A program made the position numbers and the translations under genes. Shown here in pieces: positions 21,978 through 31,299 of a stretch of DNA of 64,000 bases (its first letter is position 1; each line of letters begins with the position of its first letter). The DNA is from a virus (Duplodnaviria > Caudoviricetes). The notes under the pieces are model-generated. The model did no database searches and was not told where the DNA came from. It saw nothing but the letters and a program-made list of their open reading frames with translations. The stretch is taken from IMG/VR virus record IMGVR_UViG_3300049740_002155. One strand, given 5' to 3'.

Positions 21978-23474
21978 ATGATATATAAGCAAATAGAAGA
22001 ATCGGATAAAGTTTTTGGACGATCACTGAGAGTTTCTTCTGGAACTTTCAATGAGGGGTTTCAACTTAAGTCAATGCACATTGATCAAGATGAACTTACC
22101 ACCAAGATGGCGAAGTATGTTTTAACTGGTGCAGGTTCTGCATCAAATATATCAGACGCAGAACTTAGTAATTTAGATGCAGATGAACTTGAAGCATTTT
22201 CTTCTGATACAATATATGATTCTTACGAGAGTGCTTTTTTATTACAAGGTTATTCCCCACACATTGTTGCAACACAAAATTATCAACATGGACATTGGAC
22301 TGATGTTTCTTTTGGTGATTACTACGCAAATGTTTATGATGAGCAAACCAAACTTGGTGATATAGAAAATGAAAATGCTCAAGTACAATTTTCTGTTTCT
22401 TATGGTCACAAGCATGGTCATGGTAGCAGACAAGGTAATAGATCAGCATCTGTTACACAGGCAATATATAATCAATATAGAAATATTTTACTTGGACCTG
22501 GTGACGATTCATTTACATTCACATCAGACAACTCTGCTCTTTCGGGTGCGGACAGAGATTCTTTTTTTGTTATTAACTTTGCATCATCTGCACTTAAAGA
22601 TAAAATAGATGAAGGAAACCTTGAATTTACTCTTAGTCTAAATGCAAGGTTTGAATATACACTTGATAACAATAGAACATTCATTGAACAAACTTTTACC
22701 CAAACATTTAGAGACGATTCTCGTTTTGAAACCGAGATATTATCTACAACCGGTGAGAAAAAAGTAGAAAAATCTTTTAACATAGTTAAGGGTACACTCG
22801 CAGATGGTGCTCCACAGACGGTAGACAAATATGCCGTAGGAACTGGTGACGGAGCAGGTGAGGGTTTCGGATTAATGTATCCTGATCTTGGATTGATTAT
22901 TTTAAATCCATATGCACTTGCGTGTGAATTTGGTACTAGAATAGAAACATGGTACGATGAATGGTACTCAACATCAAAAACAAATATTTTTCCTTCAAAA
23001 GAAAATAATGTTGGAAGAGCAATTTCATGGTCAGGAAACATAAACCCAACATCAACTGATTCAAGTGTATCTGATGATTTAAAACTGGGAATCGAGAGAA
23101 ACCATCAGAACTTTTTAAAATTGTTCTATATGCTAAAGAGTGGAGGTGACTTTAAATCAAGAAGCAGTGAACTCGTCCCATCCAAGCACTATTTTATACG
23201 AGTGCGAAATACTGATTTTAATTATAGTAACAACCCAAGTTATATAATTCAATCAAAAGAGGCAAGAGAACTTGCGTCAACAACTGGTATGCCACTTGAG
23301 TATTATACTGGTAGATTGCGGTATGATAATTTTGTCAACGATCCGAGAACATATATTACTACAATAGGATTGTATAATGATAACAATGAACTACTTGCCG
23401 TGGCAAAAATGAGTGTACCTGTATTAAAAACATTTGATTCCGAAACTTTAATAAAAGTAAGATTAGATTTCTAA
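21978..23474 (+). CDS. Baseplate/tail structural protein
   Basis: C-terminal EFN.S.NP...YITTIGLYNDNNELLAVAK-type domain, shared with the next gene. Confidence 0.65.
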   Translation: MIYKQIEESDKVFGRSLRVSSGTFNEGFQLKSMHIDQDELTTKMAKYVLTGAGSASNISDAELSNLDADELEAFSSDTIYDSYESAFLLQGYSPHIVATQNYQHGHWTDVSFGDYYANVYDEQTKLGDIENENAQVQFSVSYGHKHGHGSRQGNRSASVTQAIYNQYRNILLGPGDDSFTFTSDNSALSGADRDSFFVINFASSALKDKIDEGNLEFTLSLNARFEYTLDNNRTFIEQTFTQTFRDDSRFETEILSTTGEKKVEKSFNIVKGTLADGAPQTVDKYAVGTGDGAGEGFGLMYPDLGLIILNPYALACEFGTRIETWYDEWYSTSKTNIFPSKENNVGRAISWSGNINPTSTDSSVSDDLKLGIERNHQNFLKLFYMLKSGGDFKSRSSELVPSKHYFIRVRNTDFNYSNNPSYIIQSKEARELASTTGMPLEYYTGRLRYDNFVNDPRTYITTIGLYNDNNELLAVAKMSVPVLKTFDSETLIKVRLDF

Positions 23475-23505
23475 GTATTTTCTAAGAAAAATATATTTAT
23501 ATTTT

Positions 23506-26500
23506 ATGATAAAGAATCTACGTGTGTCTGACAAAACTGTCAGAAAATTTAAGTCGGCTAAGTCTTGGAAGTATTCTACAATTGACTCTTTATCTAATTT
23601 AGTTTTAGAACAAACGAAAACAGATGGAACACAAGTACCGATTAGTCTTGATACTACACAATCAATAGCACTTGAACAGGCATCCAATAAGGCAAAAGTA
23701 AAAATAAAGTTTGGAAAAAAAACCGATGGTAGATTTTATCCAGATGATCACGAATTTCACAATCCAGATATTGAATTAAAAAACACAGATGGGTCTTATT
23801 ACAGAACTGTTTACGATTCAGTCAAACATTTATTTTACAATAGTTATGGCATTTATGACAATGAAGAGGATATTAAAAATCCATTAATGGTATTTGGATC
23901 ACAAACAGGTCATTACAAAACAGACGGAGATGACGGAGATGTATTGAGAGACGATACCGATAGATACGAGAAACGAAAATTGACAGATAATGTTCTTGTA
24001 ATAGAATTTACAAAGAATCAATTTGGTGAAACAATTAAGCCAAATAATTTCAAAATTAAAGATTACAGTTCTCCGTATGGTACAATTGAAATAGAAGATG
24101 ATGGTTGCACTAACTTAGTTGTAAGTAATTCTTCGTTTAATGAAATTACTGAAATTTCACACGCAAACTCAGATAAAATTGAATTTCCCAACTTAAAACC
24201 AAAGTTTGACTCTGAGACACTATCATTTGGAAAAAATATAGTTGCCGAGAGTGACTATGTGTTATCTGGTAGTCCAATGGATCAAGATTCTCCAACAGAT
24301 TTTCTTACAGGTAGTGCTTCGTTGTTTAAATATGATAAATCTAAAAAGCAATTTAGAAGAATAAGAAAATTTAAATGCCCGTTTACACAAGAAGGTTTGC
24401 TATATGAGTCAAAACAAAACTCAAATGGTTTTTTAGTCACGGAGTTAGGAAACTTAATTGCGTCTGACGATTATTCACAAAATGATAATTTTGGTGGTGC
24501 GGTTGAATTAAAAAATGGTACGTGTGCAATCGGGAGTTCTCGTTCACATATTACATCTGCCTGCAACGAGGCAAGACAGGGTCATGTCTTTATTTACGAC
24601 ATAAACAAAGGAGGAACTGAACACTGGGGACTTGTAAATATATTAGAAGGTACACCGGGTTCTGAGTTTGGTTCATCAATTTCAATAAGTGGCAACTATA
24701 TGGCAATAGGAGCACCTGGTATGTATCATTGCGAAGGTGCGATTTACATTTTTGAAAAGTCTATTAGAGATAAAACATCACCTTGGTATAGAATATCAGA
24801 CTCACACGATGATTTATGCTTTAATGAAAAATCAAATAACTTCTTAGGTTTCCCTGTATGCGATAAACTTAAAGAATTGAATGAAACCATATATAGATGG
24901 AAAATACAATCCGCATCTCCACACGAAACACCAATGACTTATTTTTCAGAAAAAGGTGAAGACATCTGCGATGATTATGAAATTGCAACATTCAACGATG
25001 AAACCCTGAGTTACTATGGAAATGACTTAGGAATGCCTACTAGTAGATTTTATAAGTTTGACGAGGATAGATATACACCACATTACGGCGAGGGTGATGT
25101 TATGTGGAAACTCGTAACTATTATACGACAACCCGGAACCGATATGCTTGGTCAAAAAGTAAAATTGTACGGAAGCACACTTATTTCATCGACACCAAAT
25201 ACAGATAATCAGGAAGTTTATGTTTTTAGAAAAAGACCAAAACAAGAAACTTCTTGTGATGAGTGGGTGTATACTCAAAAAATTACAAGAACAGGCACCT
25301 ACAACTATGACCGAAATAAAGTAAATATGTCAAGTTCTTTTGACAACATAAACTTTAATATAAATAAAAATTCAATTACAATTGATGTAAAAACCAAATC
25401 TATTGATAAAAAAACATCACCAGGATTTATATGGAGATTGAATGAAGTATTTGGTTCTGGTGAAGACTTATATAGCAGTAAGATTTTTCACGGTGGTCGG
25501 ACTGAATTGACCGAACAATTAAAACTGGAGAATCTTCCATATGGTGACCATGTTTTATATGTAGGCAGATATGATGGAAATTTTTTAGTTGATACTCCAG
25601 CAGCCATTAACTTTTCAATCAACCCAACTCCGATTACTCCACAAGAAAGACACGAACAGGTAAAATATCCGTTTACATATAAAGAACCAAAGAAGCATGA
25701 ATTTGGAATTACACTTGAGACAAACGGTAGGTATTTATTTATAGGTGACTCAAGAGATAGAATTTATTCGGATTCTGATTTCAATAGTATTTTCAAAAAA
25801 GATTTTAACGCAGGTTCTGTATATTTTTACTCAATGGAGGAAAGTTCAATTGAATTTATAAGAAAAATATATGAGGATGACGATGATGAAAGACGATACT
25901 CAAGTTCGTTTGGAAGTAGTCTTTCTATGATAGGAAGAGATTTGTTAATTGGATCACCGTGCCTTGAACAAACAAAAATTTCAATAATTGATAATGGAAA
26001 AAGTTTTGTCATACCAGATTTTTCACATGGTGCTGAAAACAACGAAGAAACTTCTTTTATTGTAGGTGAGTCTATGTTTACTAAATTTGAGCACGAATTT
26101 ATTGGTGACGATTTTGTAGATTTAAAACTTAAAATAGATGTTGCTTCAATTGACGCATTATCAATGGAATCACTTGATGATTTTGAAATAAAAGCATCTT
26201 TTCTTTCCGAAGAAGAAAGTTTGGTTGATGGAGAACACGGAACATTTACCCGTGGTATATATCGTGATAAAACTGAATATGATGGAGACTATGTAACTTT
26301 CTATTTAAAAGTATTGGGTCATAAATTCGATCCAGACGAGGAGGTCGAATTTATATACTATATCCACAGAAATAGTATTCAAGGAACTGCAACTTATTGC
26401 AAAATAACAAGTGAAAACACTCTTGAAAAAATAAAAAACATAAAAACAATAAAGCAAAAAAATGGAGTGATGGGAAGTTACGGTACATCTGTTGCACTAA

Positions 26501-27618
26501 GTTCTGATTTTATATTTGTAGGTGAACCTATTGTTGGTGATTGGCCAATTGACTCGATTGAAGGGTTTGGTGAAGAATCTATTGTTTCATTTGATGGTTG
26601 TTCTCATGTATTTACTTCATCCGGTGATATCGTTTGGGGTAATTTAGAAAAGCAAGATATATTCGTAGAAGGAAAAATAATTAGTTACGATATCAGAACA
26701 ATAAGAGATAATGTTAAAATACACGTTGGAAACATTTTCTACAAAAATGGAATTGCAGTGATAACAGAACTTGGAAATTATTTTAAAGAAATGCTTACCC
26801 GGGGTGGCCGCAGAGGTTTTGAAATTTTATTTGACGGAGTAAATTCAATTTATGAGAATGAAATATTATGTAAAGTAAATCCAAATGAATTTAATATTAG
26901 TACAAACCCAACTTCCGTAACATATTCAGATATTCCTTTTGACGTTACAGGTGATAAGAAATTTACGATACTTGATGTATCCTACATTTATAGATACATA
27001 ATGGGTACATTTAGAAAAATAGTTGTAGAATCAAGTGATGACGAAGAAGTACGAGATTCCTTGGTGCTTGAACAAGATAAAAAGTGGCCAAACGAGGATG
27101 TATTGTTAAGTGAGTCGGAAGATGTCATCTTAATGAATACATTTATGAATATTACAAAAGATAATGTATTAAATCCAGAAGAAGAGTTGAATATACTTGA
27201 ACGAATAGATACTATTTTTAATATGGGTGCAGACGGATTGGATATTGATGGTGACGGTGCCGTTACTGCTAATGATGCAAAACTTCTTGCTAGATACTTT
27301 GTAGGTCGTAAAGGAAATTCATTAGTTGACGGCTTAATAAATCCACTTGATGATACTATAACACGATACAAACCCTTCCAAATTATTCAGTATTTGGATA
27401 TAAAGACAGGAAAAGATAGAGGTAGACGAATTATGCAGGATTTCTTAGATTATGATGAAAATGATAAAAACGATACAACAGGTAGTTATCTTGCACCATT
27501 TGCTACTACTATTGGTTTATATGACGGACCTGATCTGGTAATGACTGCAAAACTTGGTTCACCTATTAAGATAGTTCCAAACTATCCTATAAATTTTTTG
27601 ATAAAATACGACTCTTAG
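23506..27618 (+). CDS. FG-GAP beta-propeller tail protein with dockerin-like Ca-binding motifs (candidate receptor-binding protein)
   Basis: Seven FG..V/I.....IG.P repeats, two DxxGD.....D....RY motifs and a C-terminal TTIGLY..AKL domain. Confidence 0.75.
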   Translation: MIKNLRVSDKTVRKFKSAKSWKYSTIDSLSNLVLEQTKTDGTQVPISLDTTQSIALEQASNKAKVKIKFGKKTDGRFYPDDHEFHNPDIELKNTDGSYYRTVYDSVKHLFYNSYGIYDNEEDIKNPLMVFGSQTGHYKTDGDDGDVLRDDTDRYEKRKLTDNVLVIEFTKNQFGETIKPNNFKIKDYSSPYGTIEIEDDGCTNLVVSNSSFNEITEISHANSDKIEFPNLKPKFDSETLSFGKNIVAESDYVLSGSPMDQDSPTDFLTGSASLFKYDKSKKQFRRIRKFKCPFTQEGLLYESKQNSNGFLVTELGNLIASDDYSQNDNFGGAVELKNGTCAIGSSRSHITSACNEARQGHVFIYDINKGGTEHWGLVNILEGTPGSEFGSSISISGNYMAIGAPGMYHCEGAIYIFEKSIRDKTSPWYRISDSHDDLCFNEKSNNFLGFPVCDKLKELNETIYRWKIQSASPHETPMTYFSEKGEDICDDYEIATFNDETLSYYGNDLGMPTSRFYKFDEDRYTPHYGEGDVMWKLVTIIRQPGTDMLGQKVKLYGSTLISSTPNTDNQEVYVFRKRPKQETSCDEWVYTQKITRTGTYNYDRNKVNMSSSFDNINFNINKNSITIDVKTKSIDKKTSPGFIWRLNEVFGSGEDLYSSKIFHGGRTELTEQLKLENLPYGDHVLYVGRYDGNFLVDTPAAINFSINPTPITPQERHEQVKYPFTYKEPKKHEFGITLETNGRYLFIGDSRDRIYSDSDFNSIFKKDFNAGSVYFYSMEESSIEFIRKIYEDDDDERRYSSSFGSSLSMIGRDLLIGSPCLEQTKISIIDNGKSFVIPDFSHGAENNEETSFIVGESMFTKFEHEFIGDDFVDLKLKIDVASIDALSMESLDDFEIKASFLSEEESLVDGEHGTFTRGIYRDKTEYDGDYVTFYLKVLGHKFDPDEEVEFIYYIHRNSIQGTATYCKITSENTLEKIKNIKTIKQKNGVMGSYGTSVALSSDFIFVGEPIVGDWPIDSIEGFGEESIVSFDGCSHVFTSSGDIVWGNLEKQDIFVEGKIISYDIRTIRDNVKIHVGNIFYKNGIAVITELGNYFKEMLTRGGRRGFEILFDGVNSIYENEILCKVNPNEFNISTNPTSVTYSDIPFDVTGDKKFTILDVSYIYRYIMGTFRKIVVESSDDEEVRDSLVLEQDKKWPNEDVLLSESEDVILMNTFMNITKDNVLNPEEELNILERIDTIFNMGADGLDIDGDGAVTANDAKLLARYFVGRKGNSLVDGLINPLDDTITRYKPFQIIQYLDIKTGKDRGRRIMQDFLDYDENDKNDTTGSYLAPFATTIGLYDGPDLVMTAKLGSPIKIVPNYPINFLIKYDS

Positions 27619-27669
27619 AGTTTTTTTTTAATATTTATTAACATACAAACTTAAATTGGAGATTAAATT

Positions 27670-28185
27670 ATGATTACAACACCACCACCAACCGGTTTTA
27701 GAGAATTTAGAACACAAGCAGATCGTGCTTCAAACAAACTTAGTTTAGAAGACCGTCTTCAAAATTATGATACAATGTATCGTCAATCCGCACCAAGTCC
27801 ATCTGGAAAAGGAGCACCTGGAATTGATGACCAAACAAAGGGTCCTGAAGGAGACGGAGCAAACTTTTTTGGTTACGGAAGTAGCGTCGCAACAAATCCA
27901 TTCGGAGAAGCAGGAAGTGTAGTTTCAAACGCAAATGCAACCGGGTCCGTAAAAATTAAAGGATTTACTACAAAAAAGAGTGCAGGTAACAAGGTAACTG
28001 ACTATGGTCATGGTAATCCTGGTGATGCAGCTGACGGAAGTTTTTATCGTGATAGTAAAATCAACTCAGCAGATGATCCATATATAAACTACATCAAAGG
28101 ATTTACTGGAACTCAACGTGATAACAATGGAAGTTCTACTGCGGGTAGAAGTCGTTCCAACGTTGGTGGTTCAAGTTCACGATAA
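27670..28185 (+). CDS. Gly/Ser-rich hypothetical late protein
   Basis: 171-aa ORF with a GGAG RBS and ATATTTAT at 27631. Confidence 0.7.
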   Translation: MITTPPPTGFREFRTQADRASNKLSLEDRLQNYDTMYRQSAPSPSGKGAPGIDDQTKGPEGDGANFFGYGSSVATNPFGEAGSVVSNANATGSVKIKGFTTKKSAGNKVTDYGHGNPGDAADGSFYRDSKINSADDPYINYIKGFTGTQRDNNGSSTAGRSRSNVGGSSSR

Positions 28186-28191
28186 ATAATA

Positions 28192-28220
28192 TTGATTTTT
28201 CTTATATTTTGTCATAACAT
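28192..28220 (+). promoter_or_regulatory. Putative sigma70-type promoter for the recombination/replication genes
   Basis: TTGATT-17bp-TAACAT. The spacer is similar to that of the promoter at 1359. Confidence 0.55.
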
Positions 28221-28225
28221 AGTTT

Positions 28226-28753
28226 ATGCAAGATATAAAAGTATCTCTTGGACTAGACATTAGTTCAACGACAATAGGTTATTGTTATTCATCTTCTGAA
28301 CAGAAAATAAATCAAGCAGGATACATTTCTGTTCATAAAGAAATCTCCATAAGAAACAAAGCACAAAAGGTTGCGGAAGAATTAAGAAAAATTCAACTGC
28401 AACCTTTTGTTATTATTGTAGAAGATTCACTTAGTGGATTTGGTGGTGGAAGAACGAGTCAACAGACTATTGTAAAATTAGCAAAGTGTAATGCCATAAT
28501 AAGTTATGTTGTAGAAGAGTTATATAATTTAGAAGTACAACATATTAATGTATCTACGATGCGTAAAGCAGTATTTGGAAAAAGCAGAGAAAAAGGATTA
28601 GATAGTAAAACATTTGTAAAGTGCAACCTTGAAAATATGCTTGATTTATCCGACTTTATTCACTATAATTCTAAGAATAATTATGATAAAAAAAACTACG
28701 ATATGCTTGATGCCGTGGTCGCATCTCTGCATCATTGGTATTCTTTAAAATAG
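28226..28753 (+). CDS. ruvC: RuvC-like (RNase H fold) Holliday junction resolvase
   Basis: LGLDISSTTIGY, IIVED and DMLDAVV acidic catalytic motifs. Confidence 0.8.
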   Translation: MQDIKVSLGLDISSTTIGYCYSSSEQKINQAGYISVHKEISIRNKAQKVAEELRKIQLQPFVIIVEDSLSGFGGGRTSQQTIVKLAKCNAIISYVVEELYNLEVQHINVSTMRKAVFGKSREKGLDSKTFVKCNLENMLDLSDFIHYNSKNNYDKKNYDMLDAVVASLHHWYSLK

Positions 28754-29682
28754 TGGGCATCTCTGAACAAAAACTTCTCAATCTTCTGCAAAAAGTATTA
28801 GGAACTGGAAAAATCGTCTCTAAAGACGAGGCTATGTTTATGTGTCCATTTTCACATCATAGAAAACCCAAACTTGCTATTAATTTATCTACACAAAGGT
28901 GGCAAAGTTGGATTGATACAAATGCAAAAGGCAGATCAATCTATGGTTTATTCAAAAAGATGAATGTTGCTCCACAATATCTTACGGAATTATCTAGAAT
29001 TGTAAAGATACCAAAAAACACACAACAAACCGAAGAGGAAGAGATAAAAGTTCACCTTCCATACGAATTTACATCGTTGCAGTATGACACCAAAAAAACA
29101 AGAGCATCAAAGGTTGCGTTTAATTACCTAAGACAACGAAACATATTTTCTTATGATATAGAAAGATATAATATTGGATATTGTGAAAGTGGTGATTATG
29201 CCAATAGAATCATAGTACCATCATATGATTGTGACAATAATTTAAATTATTTTATAGCAAGAGATTTTACAGGAACTGCGTATTTACGATACAAAAATCC
29301 ACCAGTCAGTAAAGATGTTGTGGTGTTTGAGAATCAAATTGATTTCTCTGAACCACTTATTTTTTGTGAGGGTGTATTTGATGCTATGGCAATTCGTAGA
29401 AATGCAATTCCACTATTGGGGAAGAATATTCCAAGTAAACTAAAAACAAAATTAGTTGAGCATGGAGTTTCTGAAGTATGTATCGTTCTTGATAATGATG
29501 CATTCAAAAACGCATTACAAATTTCCGAAACATTGATGAACGAAAATGTTCGTGTCAAATTGGTAAAAATGGGAAATGACGATGCGGCGGACATTGGGTT
29601 TAATAAAATAATTCATAAAATTAGAAATGCAGAACTTCTTGATTTTAGTGAATTGATGAAGCAAAAGTTATGCATGAACTAA
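28753..29682 (+). CDS. DNA primase (DnaG/gp61-like, TOPRIM)
   Basis: N-terminal CPF Zn-finger-like region, RIIVPSYD, CEGVFDA and LDNDA. A GTG start overlapping the upstream TAG is likely. Confidence 0.88.
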   Translation: MGISEQKLLNLLQKVLGTGKIVSKDEAMFMCPFSHHRKPKLAINLSTQRWQSWIDTNAKGRSIYGLFKKMNVAPQYLTELSRIVKIPKNTQQTEEEEIKVHLPYEFTSLQYDTKKTRASKVAFNYLRQRNIFSYDIERYNIGYCESGDYANRIIVPSYDCDNNLNYFIARDFTGTAYLRYKNPPVSKDVVVFENQIDFSEPLIFCEGVFDAMAIRRNAIPLLGKNIPSKLKTKLVEHGVSEVCIVLDNDAFKNALQISETLMNENVRVKLVKMGNDDAADIGFNKIIHKIRNAELLDFSELMKQKLCMN

Positions 29683-30374
29683 AAACAAATTTAAAGAATG
29701 TTGAAAAAGTATATCATCTCGCAGACATTCATATAAGAAACGTAAAAAGACACAATGAATATTCATTGGTATTTGAAAACTTTTACAAACAAGTAAAAGA
29801 AGATAATCTTGATAATGCGATAATTTTTATTGGTGGGGATATTGCTCATGCCAAAACAGAAATGAGTCCAGAGTTGATTCACCAAATATCTTCATTTTTA
29901 AGAGAGTGTTCTAAACTTCATCCAACGATTGTAATTGCAGGAAATCATGATTGTAATTTGAATAATCCTGATCGTCTTGACGTACTATCACCTATACTTG
30001 ATATGATGGACGATGACAATTTGTTTTATTTAAAAGATACTGGTGTATATAAATTAGGTGATGTTGCTATTGGAGTTTTTGGGATATTTGAAGAACCAGG
30101 TGAATATATCAAAGGTTCTGACATAAAAGATGATTCTATTAAAACCAAGATTGCGGTATACCACGGTGCGGTAAAAAGAAGTAGAACCGATATAGGATAT
30201 GTAGTTATGGGTGGTGATATTAATCTACCTATGTTTAATGGATATGATATTGTTATGCTTGGGGATATACACAAGTATCAAGTTTTGCAGGAGTATCAAA
30301 CTGAGCATAGATTTATTCCTGAGAGTAAGATAGATGAATATAAATTAGAAGGATGGTGCGTTAGTGATGACTAA
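29670..30374 (+). CDS. gp47: gp47/SbcD/Mre11-like nuclease, N-terminal part (split gene)
   Basis: Phosphoesterase motifs ADIH, GGDI, GNHD, YHG and LGDIH are present. The YxGS strand is missing and is found in ORF 31289. Confidence 0.85.
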   Translation: MHELKTNLKNVEKVYHLADIHIRNVKRHNEYSLVFENFYKQVKEDNLDNAIIFIGGDIAHAKTEMSPELIHQISSFLRECSKLHPTIVIAGNHDCNLNNPDRLDVLSPILDMMDDDNLFYLKDTGVYKLGDVAIGVFGIFEEPGEYIKGSDIKDDSIKTKIAVYHGAVKRSRTDIGYVVMGGDINLPMFNGYDIVMLGDIHKYQVLQEYQTEHRFIPESKIDEYKLEGWCVSDD

Positions 30375-31299
30375 TATACTCATAAGATGTAGAAACATAC
30401 AAATCGGTGATACTTTGTTTGCAAGTAGTGTTGCAAAAAAACTGAAAGAAGAAAACCCAAACTGCGTAGTTCATTATGACATTTCTTTTTTACAACCAAT
30501 TGAGTTGATGATGAACAATCCATATATCGATGGGGTGTTTTATAAAGAATCTGCGGATATTCAATATGATGTAGTTTACAATCTAATTGATACAGATTTT
30601 GTAATTGATCCATATATATCGGCCGTTTCTCAACTTCAAAGGTTGTGCAATATTAAAAACTTCGACGATACCTTTGAAATTTATACAAACCCTCACCTTG
30701 ATTATTCTATAAAGAAAAGTATTCAAGAATTAAAAAACATAAATGAATTAGAAGATGGTGTAATTTTGGTAGGATATCAAGTAGATTGGGAACGAAAAAG
30801 TTATTTGTTTACAGAAGATGAATATGAAAAAGCAGAAGGTGCAGAAGATGGATCAGGATACGGAAGTGGCAAACGAAATATTTATGATATAATAAATCCA
30901 CTAGAGGTTAACTCAGATGTTTTGTTGCTTGCACTTGGTATAGAGGAAAAAATTTCCAAGCACTATCCCGAAATAAACTCTACAAACAAATTTTCTTTTA
31001 CTGCAAGTTTAATTAAAAATTGCGACTATGTAATTGGTGCTGAAGGGTGTATTACAAATATGTCATCGGCAATTGGAACAAAAACTATTATTACAACTGA
31101 TTACATTCATCAGTTGTTCGGTCCCAAAGGAATTAACTGGTTAAAGCAAGGAAGAGATTTTTCTAATTTAGAAAAAAGAACTCCGTTTTTAGGACCTCAT
31201 GTGTATTTTCCAAATAATGGTCATGTGCATCTTAGTCCATATCTTACTGATTACGAGGTAGGGGAAGAAATTTTAGAAATTGTAACGAATGGAAGATAA
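30364..31299 (+). CDS. Glycosyltransferase family 9-like (heptosyltransferase fold)
   Basis: IGDTLFASSVAKKLKEENPNCVVHY and LIKNCDYVIGAEGCITNMSSAIGTKTI match the GT9 N- and C-terminal motifs. Confidence 0.7.
   Translation: MMTNILIRCRNIQIGDTLFASSVAKKLKEENPNCVVHYDISFLQPIELMMNNPYIDGVFYKESADIQYDVVYNLIDTDFVIDPYISAVSQLQRLCNIKNFDDTFEIYTNPHLDYSIKKSIQELKNINELEDGVILVGYQVDWERKSYLFTEDEYEKAEGAEDGSGYGSGKRNIYDIINPLEVNSDVLLLALGIEEKISKHYPEINSTNKFSFTASLIKNCDYVIGAEGCITNMSSAIGTKTIITTDYIHQLFGPKGINWLKQGRDFSNLEKRTPFLGPHVYFPNNGHVHLSPYLTDYEVGEEILEIVTNGR

Noticed and set aside
27611-27630. ACTC-TTA-GAGT plus T-tract after the FG-GAP gene as a terminator
   Set aside because: The stem is only 4 bp, too weak to call.
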